Below, one piece after another: positions 26,507 through 39,690 of a stretch of 64,000 nt of DNA. Origin of the DNA: the human T2T-CHM13v2.0 reference genome, Homo sapiens. Each line of letters begins with the position of its first letter. Within the stretch, counting starts at the first letter, position 1. The stretch is taken from assembly GCF_009914755.1 (NCBI RefSeq), contig NC_060947.1, one strand, 5' to 3'. The position numbers were made by a program, and so were the translations under genes. A model generated the notes under the pieces. It was not told the DNA's origin. It worked only from the letters and a program-made list of their open reading frames with translations, and made no database searches.

Positions 26507-28427
26507 CTGTGACAATGCAAGTGAAAAACCAAAACTCAAAGTGTGGCAAGTTGGAGCTAAGGCTGATCCTGGAATCAACTAGTTTCCACAGTAAAAAAAG
26601 AATGAGAATGAGACATAGATTCCCCACTTAAATCCAATAGAGGTAGTTTTCACTCTGTTATCATGCAACAGTGTGTGATAGTCAATGTTGAAGTCATATA
26701 AACAAGTTATTTGGTTTTAGCATTTAAAATAAAGGAGTTCTATCAATTTGTGGTAAACACAACTACCCATATTGTTCTCTTCCTTTAGACTCTAACTGGA
26801 GAAGAGAGTATATTTTCTGCCTCTTTTCCCAGGTAATAGCATTTATAGGATGAGGAGCTGGCTAATGGCTTCAGTTCCACATGGCTAGCTACACTAGGGG
26901 GAAAAAAAAAGCATAATGCTGCAAGCAAAATTCCGATGTAGTCACAAGAAGGACATTCTATTTCCTTTTGAAAAAATGTGTTTCAGGTTCTTGGGTAAAT
27001 CTGGTGGTAGAAAGTTTACCACCTATAATTCTGTAATGTGATCCTCCTTTATAAAATTGTTATTACTTGTGGCAAGAAAAGAGGAGGCAGATGGTACTGT
27101 GTCAGATGCTGAAAAAGAAAGTGAGCATCTCCTAGAATATTACAGTGGAAGTATCCAACATTGAAGGCAGATCTCTGGAATACAAATTCAGAAGTAAATA
27201 AAATAGACATTCTACAAACAGTGACCAAATAAATGTCTGGACTGTGAAACAGTTTATCCATTGTTTACATAAGAAATAATGCGGATTATATTGCATAGCT
27301 AGTGTGTACCCCAAACCAACAAATATATTTTAAAGGTCCATCAAACAGCCCAATAAGGTTCCATTTTCACATACGCATGCAGCATTTTATAACAGTCCTA
27401 GGATATGTGTATATACAGAGGGATGGAAAAAATACAGTTTTAAAAGACAGAAATTTACCCTACATTTTATTGCCATCTGGGCAGAAACACACGTTCCATT
27501 CTTTTCGTTTCTCCGTGGCTTCTCCCAAAGAGAAATAGGCCTGTTTCTTTAAACAATTTTTTTATAAGCGCTATCCCTTCTTGAAGTTGAGTATAGCATA
27601 ACAAATTTACTAAAATTTTTTTCTTAAGGATAACAGTAGAATAAAGAACAATGAGCCACTTTGTTACAGAGATAAGCCATGTCATTCTTTTGGTTTATAA
27701 TGTATTTGCCCAAAAGTATTATGTGGCTAGCTGATAGCTGCATAGACTAACTACAGCTTTTTACTATTTGTGATACACCAGGTTCCCTTTAATCAAACTT
27801 CAGTTATCTGTATCTATATTCTCCTTAGGATAAGCCTAGATTGTCTAAATTTAGAGCTTGCTACCACCCCAGACATTCTTTCTTTTTGGTTATCATATCA
27901 AGTCCCAACTGTGCAGCCTGGAATTCAATGTCAACCACTTTCCATACCTCACACAATCCCTGTGATTCCATCAGCTCTGACCGAATCATAATAAACAACA
28001 GTTTATTATGATGCTTCAAGTCCCATCTCTGCAGCAAGTGCTTCTCCAGGTGATTTAATTACCAATAATCTTTTTAAAATCTGAAACCCCAGTCCCGTTT
28101 TTGCCCATTGAGCAGAGGCTAGGATTTATTATACAGAGGATATTGTTTTATTATCTATGGCAATAAATTATTCTCTTGTTACTCTATAGTTATATATTAC
28201 ATTCTGCAAACAAATTTCAGATACCTCAAGGGCATGAATAATATATTTGATTAGCTGATTTATTGGCATAGAATGCATTTATCGAGCTTTAATTATGGGC
28301 CAAAAAGTGTACTACGCCCTGAAGTCAGAAAGATGACAAAGAAATGTTCTTGGCTTTCAAGGAGATCCCGTCCCTCGAATTCATTCTAATAATTTTTAGA
28401 AGAGAGTTAAAGAAGAATGCTCTAGAC

Positions 28428-28615
28428 CAGTGGTTCTCAAACTTTAGTGTGCATCAAATTACCTAGAGGGCTGATAAAAATACAGGCTGCTCATCTCCAC
28501 TCTCCAATGTTTCTGATCAAGCAGGTCTGAGATGAGGCCTGAGGATCTATATTTCTAATGAATTCCCAGATGGTGCTGATGTTGCTGGTCCAGCGAAAGA
28601 GTGATTTAGAGAATG
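28428..28615. mobile_element. MER5A (hAT-Charlie MITE) inserted in an L2 remnant
   Basis: CTAGACCAGTGGTTCTCAAACTTTAGTGTGCATCA...TTCCCAGATGGTGCTGATGTTGCTGGTCC. Confidence 0.85.
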
Positions 28616-29464
28616 GAAAGGCAATTAAATAGGCAATGCAAAGACACAACGAGGTAGAGGGCCAACTGTATTCAAGTAGCAGCGGGAAGGTCATATGGTG
28701 GGTTTAGAGGGTGCATAGGGTGACCACAACATGGCACTTGGAGACGAATAGATTATAATAGGTTTTGGACATCATGGTAATGGTAAGGAATGTAGATATT
28801 AGAAGAATCATCATCATCAGAAATTTGTAAATAACGGAGGGATGTGATCACACCTGGGCTTTAGCTTTTAGAAAGAAAACAATAGGGCAGAGGATATGTC
28901 TACACAGAGGATTGTATCATACTGATATTTAGACCACAAAGATGAGATTTGATTTTCTTTCAACACTGAGGGCTAGGTATCATGCTTCATATTTATGGTC
29001 TGTCTCAGCTTTCCTCACCTGGCCAATTTTAACAACCTCCTAGGGAAATCACAGCCTCCAGTCAACCTCCTCTCTCCCTCCCATAATGGCAAGTAGATAT
29101 CTGGAATCCCGCTATTAAATAGCATCAACATCTGAATTCATGTGTTTCACCGATTTCTCAGGCTATTATAGCAGGAGAAACTCATGTTGTAATTTTACTT
29201 ATCAGGAATTCGAAAGCCAAATTAGTTAAGTAAATTAAAGTAACGCAGCTAGTTAACAGCAGAGTCAAAACTAGAGCTCAACTATCTCAATATTGTGTTT
29301 ATTAGTATAATAAACGCATATAAATAAATGTAACTATTTAATTAATTGACAACAATATGAATAGTTACGTTTGCACCTGCACAGGCAATAATAACTAATG
29401 CACAGCTGTGACACCATCACCTATGAGACGTATCTGTTTTCAGAAATATTAAAAACAAGGTGCA

Positions 29465-29680
29465 TCCAGTAGGGTGACTATAGTTAATGACAATCTATTT
29501 TGTATTTCAAAATAGCTATAATAAAATACGTGAAATGTTCCCAACACAAAGCAATGGTAAATGTTTGAGGTGACGGATACAGAAATATCCTTATTTGATA
29601 ATTACACATGGTATGCATGCATCAAAATATCACATGTATCCCACAAATATGTACAATTATTATGTATCAATTTAAAAATG
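29465..29680 (+). mobile_element. L1MA 3' end
   Basis: CAGTAGGGTGACTATAGTTAA...GTATTTCAAAATAGCTA...ATGTTTGAGGTGACGGATA...ATGTACAATTATTATGTATCAAT. Confidence 0.85.
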
Positions 29681-31069
29681 CACATCTTAGTTGCAATAAA
29701 ATACAGCAAACACAGGTGACTTTTCAGGGCCTCGATTTCGTTCATGGGAAGAATGAAAGATGACATGACTCTGATGACTTTTTCCATGCCCTATTTCCAG
29801 GCAACAGAGTGTCCTTCTAAACCAGAAGAGTTCAGCTCTAACACAGAAGACTATTATAAAAGTTAGACTCCTTTGAGAGCATTGGCTGTTCTTTATTTTT
29901 GTGTATATCCTTTCCTTTCTCGATTTCACAAGCAACTCCTGATGATTCTAGGAATTTATTGTCCAATTTTAATTTCCTGATCATAGTTATAGCTTTGAAG
30001 TTCATTATCAAACTTTGACCTCATGCCCTCATTCCTACCTCTCAGACACAAATTATATTATTACAGGGATATATATTAATATTTCAACATTTCTGCCTTT
30101 CCTAAATCCAAATAAAACAATAGAATACTGAATTAAATTACTACGATAATTTATCATTGTTTCTAATATTTTCTTGTTTTTTTCTGAGAATGTGGTTATT
30201 GAATAGACTACTTTTTTGATTATGCAAGGCTCAATGTCAACATTTTGTTGCTAAATTATAACATTAAGTAATCCAGATCACACAATATTTTTCTTTAGCT
30301 AAGAAACATGTTTAACTTCCAGCTACAACATTTTCTCACAGAATAAGAATTACATTGTTTGTATTTATCTTTAGCTTCAGCACTTATTGCAGTTATAAAA
30401 TATGTTAATATCATGGGCATAACAACTGAAAGCGTACTTAATTGTTCAACCTTGGGGACCACATAATCTACATCAGATTTCTATGGGTTTTTCATGTCTC
30501 TGGTTATGATTGCACCTTTCCAATTTGTCTCTGTGCCTCAACTCTCTCTCTCCCCTTATCCATCCTGTGTAGCCCTTCTAAAAAGAATCTTTGAATATAT
30601 ACTTTTACTCATTTTATGATCGCCTGTTCCTCCAGCTAGCTTCTCTTTGACCTCATTGACTCAATTCACCTTATGCCTTTCCCCTAATATCTTGTGTCTA
30701 ATCATGTGAGACTTCTTAATATTTCCAGGGCAGACCGTCCTCTTTTGTCCTTTCAAGGTTATTCAAGCTGTTGTCCACACTTCTGATGTTCTCCCTCTAT
30801 AATGACAAGCTTCTACTCAGCCTCCCAGATGAGCTAATCTACCACCTTCTCCGTGAAGCTGGGTCTTACGCTCTGTTGGAGAAGAGACTACTCTGATTCC
30901 TTCACAGATTTTACTGTACCTATCTTGGGATACTATAATGATTTTGATGCTGTTCTACCTGACTAAACCCAGCTGTTACTATTTAGCAATGGATACAACA
31001 TAGTAGATACTCAACAAATGTCTTTTAATTAGTGCATGAGCAGCAGTATCTGCACAGTGAAAGCCACTG

Positions 31070-32740
31070 TCTGTATATCCTCACCTCCTACTACATTTTA
31101 ACCTACCACAAATAGTTTTTTGATGCATGCTTCCAGTGAAAATGTCTTTTATCAAGGTCAAGTATGAGCTCCATATTGCAAAACCCAATGGTCTATTCTT
31201 TTGTGTTTGTCTAATTGTATTTTCAACATTTGACACTGTTTTTGATTCTATCATGAAGGACTTTCTTCATCCCACTTGCCTGGTTTTCTCTATAAATCAC
31301 AGAAGTTGCTTTTGTCTCCTTTGAGTATTTTTTTTCTTCCTCCTGTTTTGAAAGGTGCAGTCAATTCTCGGGCTCTTTTCCCAAACTCTCCTCCTAGAAG
31401 ACTTCATCCAGTCCCATGTCTTTAAAAACCATCTAAGGGCCTATGACTGCCACATTATTTATTTATTTATTTTGAGACAGGGTCTCACTCTGTTGCCCAG
31501 GCTGGAGTGCAGCGGTGTGATCACGGCTCACTGCAGCCTTGACTTCCCAGGCTCAAGTGATCCTTCAGCCTCGGCCTCCTGAGTATCTGGGACTACAGGC
31601 ATGTGCCACCACACCCGATTAATTTTTGCGCGCGTGTGTGTGTGTAGAGGCGAGGTCTCGCTGTGTTACCCAGGCTGGTCTTGGACTCCTGGGCTCAAGT
31701 AATTCTCCTATCCTGGCCTCCCAAAGTGCTGGGATTATAGGAGTGAGCCACTGTGTCCGGCCAACTCTTACGTTATTATTCCAGTCACAGTATCTGTCTT
31801 CAGCTTCAGACTGATCTACCCAACTTTCTTTCCAGCATTTCCACTTGGATATCTAATGAGACTCTGATAATAAGAGAGACTCTTGATTTCATCACACCTT
31901 GTACCCTAACTTTTTCCTCCTCCACTTTTCCCCAGCAAAGAACTTAGAAATAATTCTCAATTATTCTCATACTTTACATCTAATTCATCACAGCAAATCC
32001 TGTCAGCTTTGTCTTTAAAATGTATCCTAAATACCAGCTCTCTAACTGACCCCACCACTCCACCCTAGTCTGAACCACCTCTGATGTGGACTAGTAACGT
32101 GGCTTCCTGTGCTATCTCCCTGTATTCACTATTGCTTCCATTTCAGTCTAACCTCTACTCAGCAATGATGAATGAACTCTTTGAAGAAAGCAGATCAGGT
32201 ATCTCCACTCTATTTTTCTAAATTCTTCAATGATGTCCTGTCAAAATTATGAAAGAGTTAAATTCTTTTATCACGGCCTGCAAGATCCCGTGTGATCTTG
32301 CCCTTGCCTATACTTGCACCTCCTTCCTTCCCCACCTTCTCTTACACTGGAATCCTTGCTATTTGTTGGCTAGGTCAAGTCTCTTTTGAACTCAGTGCCC
32401 TTGCCCTTGTTTCCTCTGCCTGGAATGTTTTTGCCCAAATTGGAGAATATCTGCTCTCATATCTGCTCAAATACTGCCCCCTAGAGAAGCCATGCCAATC
32501 CACCCAATCTAAACAAGTCCACCTTCAATATCATTTTCTATTCCCTTAACCAGCTTTATTTCCAATATGGATCACTATCTGAAATCATATGTGTATGCAT
32601 ATAATAAATAATATCATTTATTCTCTAGCTCACTACTAGAGTGTAAGTTCTACGAGACTAGGGACATACTTATGTATTCTTGTATCCCAAGTACCTGGCA
32701 TATATCATGTACTTCACAAATATCTGTGGAATAAATGAAC
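31070..32740 (+). mobile_element. L2 LINE remnant (interrupted by AluJ)
   Basis: CATCCAGTCCCATGTCTTTAAA, TCCACTTGGATATCTAA, TTCCTCTGCCTGGAATG, and the 3' end GTACCTGGCATATA...AAATATCTGTGGAATAAATGAA. Confidence 0.8.
31455..31762 (-). mobile_element. AluJ
   Basis: GAGACAGGGTCTCACTCTGTTGCCCAGGCTGG...CACTGCAGCCTTGACTTCCCAGGCTCAAG. The central linker has become (CG)n(TG)n. Confidence 0.95.
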
Positions 32741-32764
32741 ACATTGAAGAGATCTACATTATGC

Positions 32765-33269
32765 CATCGTGATGTAAAAATTGTTTTGAGCTAAAGCCAT
32801 TTGAGGATCAACAGATACGGGAAGGGGCTTTTTCTGTACTCCCCCTATCTGCCTAAAAGCAAAGATTTCTGAAATAATTCAACTGTTTTAAATCCTCCTT
32901 TAAGGAAAGTTTCTTGCACCAGGGGTAAAGAGTGACTCCTGTCACCAGAGATGAGAAGTTGTCGCTGGGAAAAGAAAATTACATAAACAGACTTTACTAA
33001 AACAAACATTACCTTTCATTAGTTTCTTTCATATTTCCCACCAACTTTGTGGCTTGAAATTCTAACACTCTTCTTTTCAAAACCCTTGTTAAAATAGTAC
33101 ATAAGCCCCAAATTCTAACTTCATTGAGCTATGTTTTCTGTGAGCTCCCACATACTTCTCTGAATAAACTTTGTCTTTTCTATTGCCAATCTATCTGTCG
33201 TCAGTTTAATTTGCAGCCCCCCAAGTAATGAACCTAAGAGGGGAGTGAAAAAGTTTTTCTTCCCTGACA
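32765..33269 (+). mobile_element. ERV1 solo LTR, MER34-like
   Basis: GAGCTAAAGCCATTTGAGGATCAACAGAT...AATAAACTTTG...AATGAACCTAAGAGGGG...TTTTTCTTCCCTGACA end. Start is approximate. Confidence 0.7.
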
Positions 33270-34699
33270 ACACAAATGGACACATCAATAAATGGATAGC
33301 TTGAGTAAATTTCCTCATGTTTCTAAGCCTCACTCCATTACATTTTTATTGATCACAGCACCAGTGCCAGACGACAAATGGGAATTCTTAAGAGAAAGGG
33401 CATTAGAAGTGTTAAAAGGCAACCACAGAGAGCTGTCACATGGAGAAATGGTCCATGCCATCTTCATTTGATCTCACTCCTAGTTGGGAGTCATCAGAAT
33501 GGGGAACGGAGATATCTTTCAGCAAGGAGGTCCCAGTGATATGATTAATAAAAATATGTCAAAAGACACATGAGAATAGAAGTTCATTTGATACAAGCAA
33601 AGGTTATTGTTTATTCTACTAATACGGTTCCACAGAATCCAGGTCCCAGCAGTGCCCCCTCTTAGAAGGACAAGCCTCCCTAGTTTTCAAGTCTTCACAA
33701 ATGTGGCTAGCTGACAAAATACCATCTGATCAAGTCATAATCTTCTCAGATCCTTCATAAATCTTCTTACTGCCATGCTCATGTTTTTAACCCCTTCCAA
33801 CCTCTTCGAGCTGACATTAAGTAGCTTCTTTTAAAAACCAGCAGAAGGTTCATGAATGCATATGGGAGAAGAGTGAATTTTAGGTCAAATTCCCAGGCTA
33901 TGATTTAACCTTGTCGCAATTTGTACTCTCCCAAATCAGAGAGGAAGCCTGCCTACAGGGCACTTAGAATCTAAGAAAGTGCCTTCGGTGGAGAAAATAT
34001 TTAACCAATAGGTTTGTTTGGGGGATGGTTTGGATAGGGATCTTCTATATGGACCTAGAAGGATTATCATCAGAGACAAAGAGTATGTGAACTTTCTGTT
34101 AATGCCCAGAGATGTGACAACCAGAGAGGCTGGGCAGAACAGAATCTCAGAGGGCATGTGGAGCAACCGAGAAGACTATAAAGGCATTGTGTTTTCTTAC
34201 CTCAAGTTCACGTAAGGCTTATAACTGTAAAATCATCTATTTTTGGATTATCCATGAAATTCTCAATCCTAGGCTAGCAGTTTTCTGCAACTTACAAGCC
34301 CATGCCTCTCCTACATTCAAAGGTTTCCAATAACATTACACCCAGGGACAAGAAGTATATTATTTTATTGGCCTGTGAGGTGGGGGAAGGGGACAAAATT
34401 TATATAATAAAGTATCCTATTTTACACAGTAAAGTTTATTGCTTTACTTTATTAAACACTGATCACTGATGATCTGTTCTATAGCTTTCCCAAAACCCTG
34501 TGTTTCTGGATTTTCAATTATGCAGAGAAAAAAGTGAAATCTCCTGAGCTGGCAGCTCTTCCCCTCCATCATAGTTCAAAAGGTGACAGGGAATAGCAGC
34601 CTACAGAGTGAACAGAACATAACTCTCTGAGCCATGGTTAAGCTCCAGCAATTTTGGTGGTCGCAGTAAACACTGGGCTAAACCCAAGGAACTTCTCCC

Positions 34700-34916
34700 C
34701 CTCTATGTGGCTTTGGTTATATATTGATAACCAAAGCTGATATTGCTTTGGTTATCAAAGCAATATCAGCATGACCTGGGAACTTATTAGAAAAGTAAAT
34801 TCTCAGGTCTCACCCCACAGCTACCTTATCAGAACTCCTACGAGTGGGGCACAGCAATCAGTATTTTAATGAGTCACCTGGAAATTTTGATGCAGGATCA
34901 AATGTGAAAACCATCG
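34700..34916. mobile_element. MER5A-like MITE with a rearranged left end
   Basis: CAGCATGACCTGGGAACTTATTAGAAAAGTAAATTCTCAGG...ATCAGAACTC...TGTGAAAACCA. Confidence 0.75.
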
Positions 34917-34924
34917 CCCTATAG

Positions 34925-35291
34925 CAGCAATCCCCAACCTTTTCGGCACCAGAGACTGGTTTAGAGGAAGACAATTTTTCCATGGATCAGGGGCGGGTGG
35001 GGTTGTGGGGAGAGGTGCGTGGGAGGCGATGGTTTGGGGATAAAACTGTTGCACCTCAGATCTTCAGGCATTAGATTCTCATAAGGAGCACACAACCTAG
35101 ATCCCTCGTGTGGACAGTTCACAATAGGGTTCGTGATCCTATGAGAATCTAATACCGCTGCTGAGCTGATAGAAGGTGGAGCTCAAGTGGTAATGCTGGC
35201 TGCCCTGCAGCTCACCTCCTGATGTGGGGCCCCGGTTCCTAACAGGTCACTGACCTGTACTGGTCTGTGGCCCCAGGGCTGGGGACCCTTG
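34925..35291. mobile_element. MER1B-like hAT-Charlie DNA element
   Basis: Termini CAGCAATCCCCAACC and GGCTGGGGACCCTTG. Internal GCATTAGATTCTCATAAGGAGC and CCTATGAGAATCTAAT. 8-bp TSD CCCTATAG/CTCTATAG. Confidence 0.9.
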
Positions 35292-35316
35292 CTCTATAGT
35301 GTTAAAAGCCAAAGGA

Positions 35317-35567
35317 AAGCGGGCAGATCACTTGAGGTCAGGCGTTTGAGATCAGTCTGGGCAACATGGTGAAACCCTGTCTCTACTAAAAATGCAAAAC
35401 TTAGCAGGGCCTGGTGGCGCCAGAGCACCTGTAATCCCAGCTACTTGGGAGGCTGTGGCATGAGAATCACCTGAACCTGGGACGCGGAGGTTTCAGTGAG
35501 CTTAGATCATCCCAGGGCACTTCACCTGGATGACAGAGTGAGACAGTTAAAAAAAAAAAAAAAAAAA
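35317..35567 (+). mobile_element. 5'-truncated Alu (J/S)
   Basis: GCGGGCAGATCACTTGAGGTCAGG through polyA. TSD AAAAGCCAAA(A)GGA on both sides. Confidence 0.93.
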
Positions 35568-36442
35568 GCCAAAAGGATTAGAGCACAGAGGATTGGCAGT
35601 CTTGAGAACTAACGTAACCCTATTTGCAAGGTGACAGTATGTATATTGAACTGTATCAGGTCCGCAATGCAGCCTTTCGTATAACTAGGCTCCTAGTGCG
35701 GTTGTATGCTAATCCTAGTCCTAAAACCAAGATTAGGCAAAAACAGAGTTGAGATTCATTTGAGTCAAGGTCCCATTACTCAGTAACTCCTGAGATGAAC
35801 ACAATGCCCATATATAACTAGGATCTCCGGTGTACCCTCATCTTCTGATACTGCCTCCTTCTCATTTGCCTTGTCCACTGTGATGTGGCCCTTTCTGTCT
35901 TCCATGTAGATGCATAAAGCCCTATACCAAGCACTGCAAACATATAGCTGAGAAGGTCCTCAGCCTCCAGAAACTTACTTTTGTCTTAACCACATCTGAT
36001 TGATGTTTATCTATGGGTCTTTATGCGAACTGTTTCTTCTTTCTGAATTACCCTTCCCTGCTTTCATTCTTCATTTTGGGACTGATTCCACAGCCCTGGG
36101 TGGCCATCACACCCTGTGGTCACCCTTTTCAGTGCACAGTCTTGCAATTACTTGATTATACAGCTGACTTGCCACCTCAACTAGGAGCTGGTTGAAGGGA
36201 GGGGCTGTGTCTTTCATCTCTTTATCACCAGCATATTGCACAGTTCCTACCTATAGTTGATAGTTGATAACTTTTGATGAATGAATGAACGAGAATCAGA
36301 CATTAAATTTTCAGAAGGAAAAAACAGTTTATCCTTAAACAAATGTGTCTGGATTCAGAAGAATCATTTTCCCTTCGACTTTATGCTCACAAATGTGTTG
36401 GGATTCAGAAGAATTCCAACCTTTTCATTTGCCTTGTCCATG

Positions 36443-36796
36443 TTATATGGTTTCTTATAGCCTAGCTAAAGCAGTGGTTTTCACAGCATGATCAAGGCCA
36501 GCAGCATCAGCATCACCTGGTAACTTGCTAGAAATGCAAATTCTGGACCTGCACCAAAGTTACTGGACCAGCAACTCTGAAGGCTAGCCTAGCAATCTGT
36601 GGTATAGCAAACCCTCCAGCTGATTCTGACGTGAGTACTACTGGCCTAGAGTTGCTTCTAAGACTTTGGTATAACTACCAGTCAGAATCTAGGTCTTCAC
36701 ACACAGACACTGATTCAGTAGGTTTGGGATGAAGGGCAGGCAGTCTACAGCCTTTATCAAGCTGCCCAGATGATGCTGAAAGGTGTTTTATGGATT
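36443..36796 (+). repeat. Local duplication copy 1 (~355 bp, MER5-derived)
   Basis: About 94% identical by manual alignment to 38398-38752. Confidence 0.95.
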
Positions 36797-37838
36797 CAGA
36801 AGAGTCTCAACACATTCGTGAGCATAAAGTTGAAGGGAAAAAATGTTTAATGAATTTGCCTGGGGTTTTGTTACTTCTTCCACTCCTAACTTCATTTATA
36901 ATCAAGGCCCTAAGCAGCTGGTTTCCACTTAACCTTACCAAACTCATACAAATTCAGTCGGGATTATTTACAACTTCCAGGGTTACTTGCAATTGTATAC
37001 TGAGTCTCCAAGGTGGTTAATGAGCCACTTTGGATGATAACAACCACCTTGGCTGATAACTAAATTGATAGGTAAGCAATGTATTATAATAGCAACCAAA
37101 CCCTTGCTTCTCTGATTTACTGACCTGTCACAGATATGGACCAAACCAAATTTCTGAAATTCTGGCTGCTCAAATCCCAATTGCAACCTGATTGAGGCAT
37201 TATTAGTATTGGAGTTTGAAGTAAATAATACAAATGCATCGACTGAAATAGGTAGAGAACAAGCCCGGAAGTGCAAACGTTCGTTAGAAGTTACTGATTT
37301 GTGCAGAACTCTGTGTGGCTTGGGCAGTCACTTCTCTTTGTCAAGTAAACATACAAAACGTTTGCTCCTTCCAATTGCAATGGTATCCATGGTAGATACG
37401 TGCAATGCATTTGAAAATAATAACTTGAGATCGAAAGACAAAAAATGAATACGCTAAGGAAGTGTGGCAGTCACAAAGAGGAATGTATCTAGTTCTTAAT
37501 CAGGGCAGACCTCAATATTCACATTTTTAGCACAAAAGCCAAAAGGGAGGGTTGAAATTTACAAGTCCCTTCATCTTGGTTAGGCTCTGTGGGGAGTTCT
37601 CCCTGCAGCTGGTGGGCTGCTTCCTGCTTCTGATGTCTCCACCTGCAGGTGGTGGCACTGGCCCCTGACCTCCTGAAATAAGCCTGTTGATCTTCTCCCA
37701 CATTATTCCTGCTGCCTGTGGACTGCTGACAGGAAGTTAGGGGACGACAAAAAGTCCCTCAGTAAAAGACTCGATTAAGTGGCTAAATAACGTTTCCTCC
37801 GAAAGCTTTCTTTTCAAATAAGGTTTTCAAAATATGTC

Positions 37839-37841
<3 letters not shown>

Positions 37842-37879
<38 letters not shown>
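37842..37879. repeat. (AT)n microsatellite
   Basis: Direct read, 19 units. Confidence 0.97.
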
Positions 37880-37883
<4 letters not shown>

Positions 37884-38397
37884 TCGGTTTTATTCAGAAT
37901 GCAGAAGTGTATCTGCGGAGAGCAGAAGGGCATTGGAAGGAGTCAAAAAAAATGTGTGTGTGTGTGTGTGTATACACACACTCACTATATGCCAAAAGGA
38001 AAAGCAAACAGGAGAAAAAGATGTGTTGAAATCTTGACAGAGCACAGACAACAGTGGCATATTTGAGTTAGAAAATAAACAAGGGTGTGCATTTTAGAAT
38101 TCTCAGATTTATTTGATTTTTGTCCAACCACTACAAAGTAAGGAGTAAACGTGAATATGAGGGGGTAAGAGAAAATAAGTTGATTTAATGGTGAACTAGG
38201 GACAAAGTCCTAGTGTTTTGCATTTGCTCTGTGACCCAGGTCTTCAGCACCTTTCCTTGGCAAGTCAGGATGATTTTTAACTAGCTCCTAACTAGCTTTC
38301 TTGTGTTAGTTCTGTTTCCTTCGAATCTATAGGCCAAGCTGCAGAAGGGGGCTTTCTAAAATTCAGGCCTGTGAAGTCATTGGCCAGTATAAAAGCC

Positions 38398-38752
38398 TTA
38401 TATGGTTTTTCCTATAGCGTAGCTAAAGCAGTGGTTTTCAAAGCACGATCAAGGCCAGCAGCATCAGTATCACCTGGTAACTTGCTGGAAATGCAAAATC
38501 TGGACCTGCACCAAAGTTACTGGACCAGCAACTCTGAAGGCTAACCTAGCAATCTGTGGTATAGCAAACCCTCCAGCTGATTCTGATGTGAGTATTACTG
38601 GCCTAGAGTTGCTTCTAAGACTTTGGTATAATTACCAGTCACAATCTAGGTCTTCACACACAGACACTGATTCAATAGGTTTGGGATGAAGGGTAGGAGT
38701 CTACAGCTTTTATCAAGCTGCCCAGATGATTCTGTAAGGTGTTATCTGGATT
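38398..38752 (+). repeat. Local duplication copy 2 (probable donor; two MER5 pieces in L2-like context)
   Basis: Same sequence as 36443-36796. It continues into a MER5-like end (TTAGAGAAATGCTG) that copy 1 lacks. Confidence 0.95.
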
Positions 38753-39414
38753 GCATTTAGAGAAATGCTGGCCACAGTCTAAATAGTATCTGAACCACTA
38801 AATACATCTCTCTGTGCCCCCTGCCCACCCCATCTGTGAAATTTTTTGAGATCATCTTGAGCTCCCCGTCACAGCACAGTGCCTGCAACAGAACTGACAC
38901 ATTCCTCTCTAAATGTTTCTGAATAAATAAACTGCACTTTGGCAGACAAATTGCAATCCCTAATGTGAACCTTTTTTCTCTTATCTAGACAAATGAGGCA
39001 AAACTACTCTGACAGACTTCAGTGGTAGTTTTTAAATTGTTGTTATTTAAGGAATACACTACTCATAAGGACTTTTCTTCTCACATTGAACATTACAAGA
39101 TAAATTAAAATAATTTTATCTAAGTAAATGTCCTGACACTAAGTTTAGCCAGACTTCACCCCTTAATCGGTTTTCTAAAACACAAAAAGAAAACAAATGA
39201 CACCTACATGGAAATTTTACTTTTGAAAAGCAGTGAAAGAAAGCAGTGAAGACGCTTTGACCTTGAGTAAGATTACAGCCTCTGGTCCCCAAATGAGACA
39301 TGTGTAGTCTTACCTTGTCTCAGGTAAATGTGTGTTCATCTTGTATACATACATACCACATGAATACAGGAAGGGGAATACTAAAACCTAGTAAGGTGAA
39401 TGGTTTTGTGAGCA

Positions 39415-39417
<3 letters not shown>

Positions 39418-39454
<37 letters not shown>
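39418..39454. repeat. (AT)n microsatellite
   Basis: Direct read. Confidence 0.97.
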
Positions 39455-39457
<3 letters not shown>

Positions 39458-39514
39458 GATCAAAATTGATGCTAATGAAAAAAATCTGTCTTGTTACAGG
39501 ATGGACCTTTCTTC

Positions 39515-39690
39515 CCGTGGTTCTTTAACTTGAGTGTGCGTTAGAATTGCCTACAGGGCTTGATCACAGATCTGCGGGCTCCACTCTCCAAGAATTTCTG
39601 TTTCAGTAGGTCTGTTGTGAGGCTCAAGAATGGGCATTTCTAACCATCCCCGTGATGCTGATCTGGGACCCACACTTTGAAAACAACTGC
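39515..39690. mobile_element. MER5A
   Basis: CCGTGGTTCTTTAACTTGAGTGTGCGTTAGAAT...TCAGTAGGTCTG...CACACTTTGAAAACAACTG. Confidence 0.85.

Noticed and set aside
36339-36414. 26-bp direct repeats with a 24-bp spacer, superficially CRISPR-like
   Set aside because: Only two copies, primate DNA, no cas genes. Explained as part of the templated insertion.
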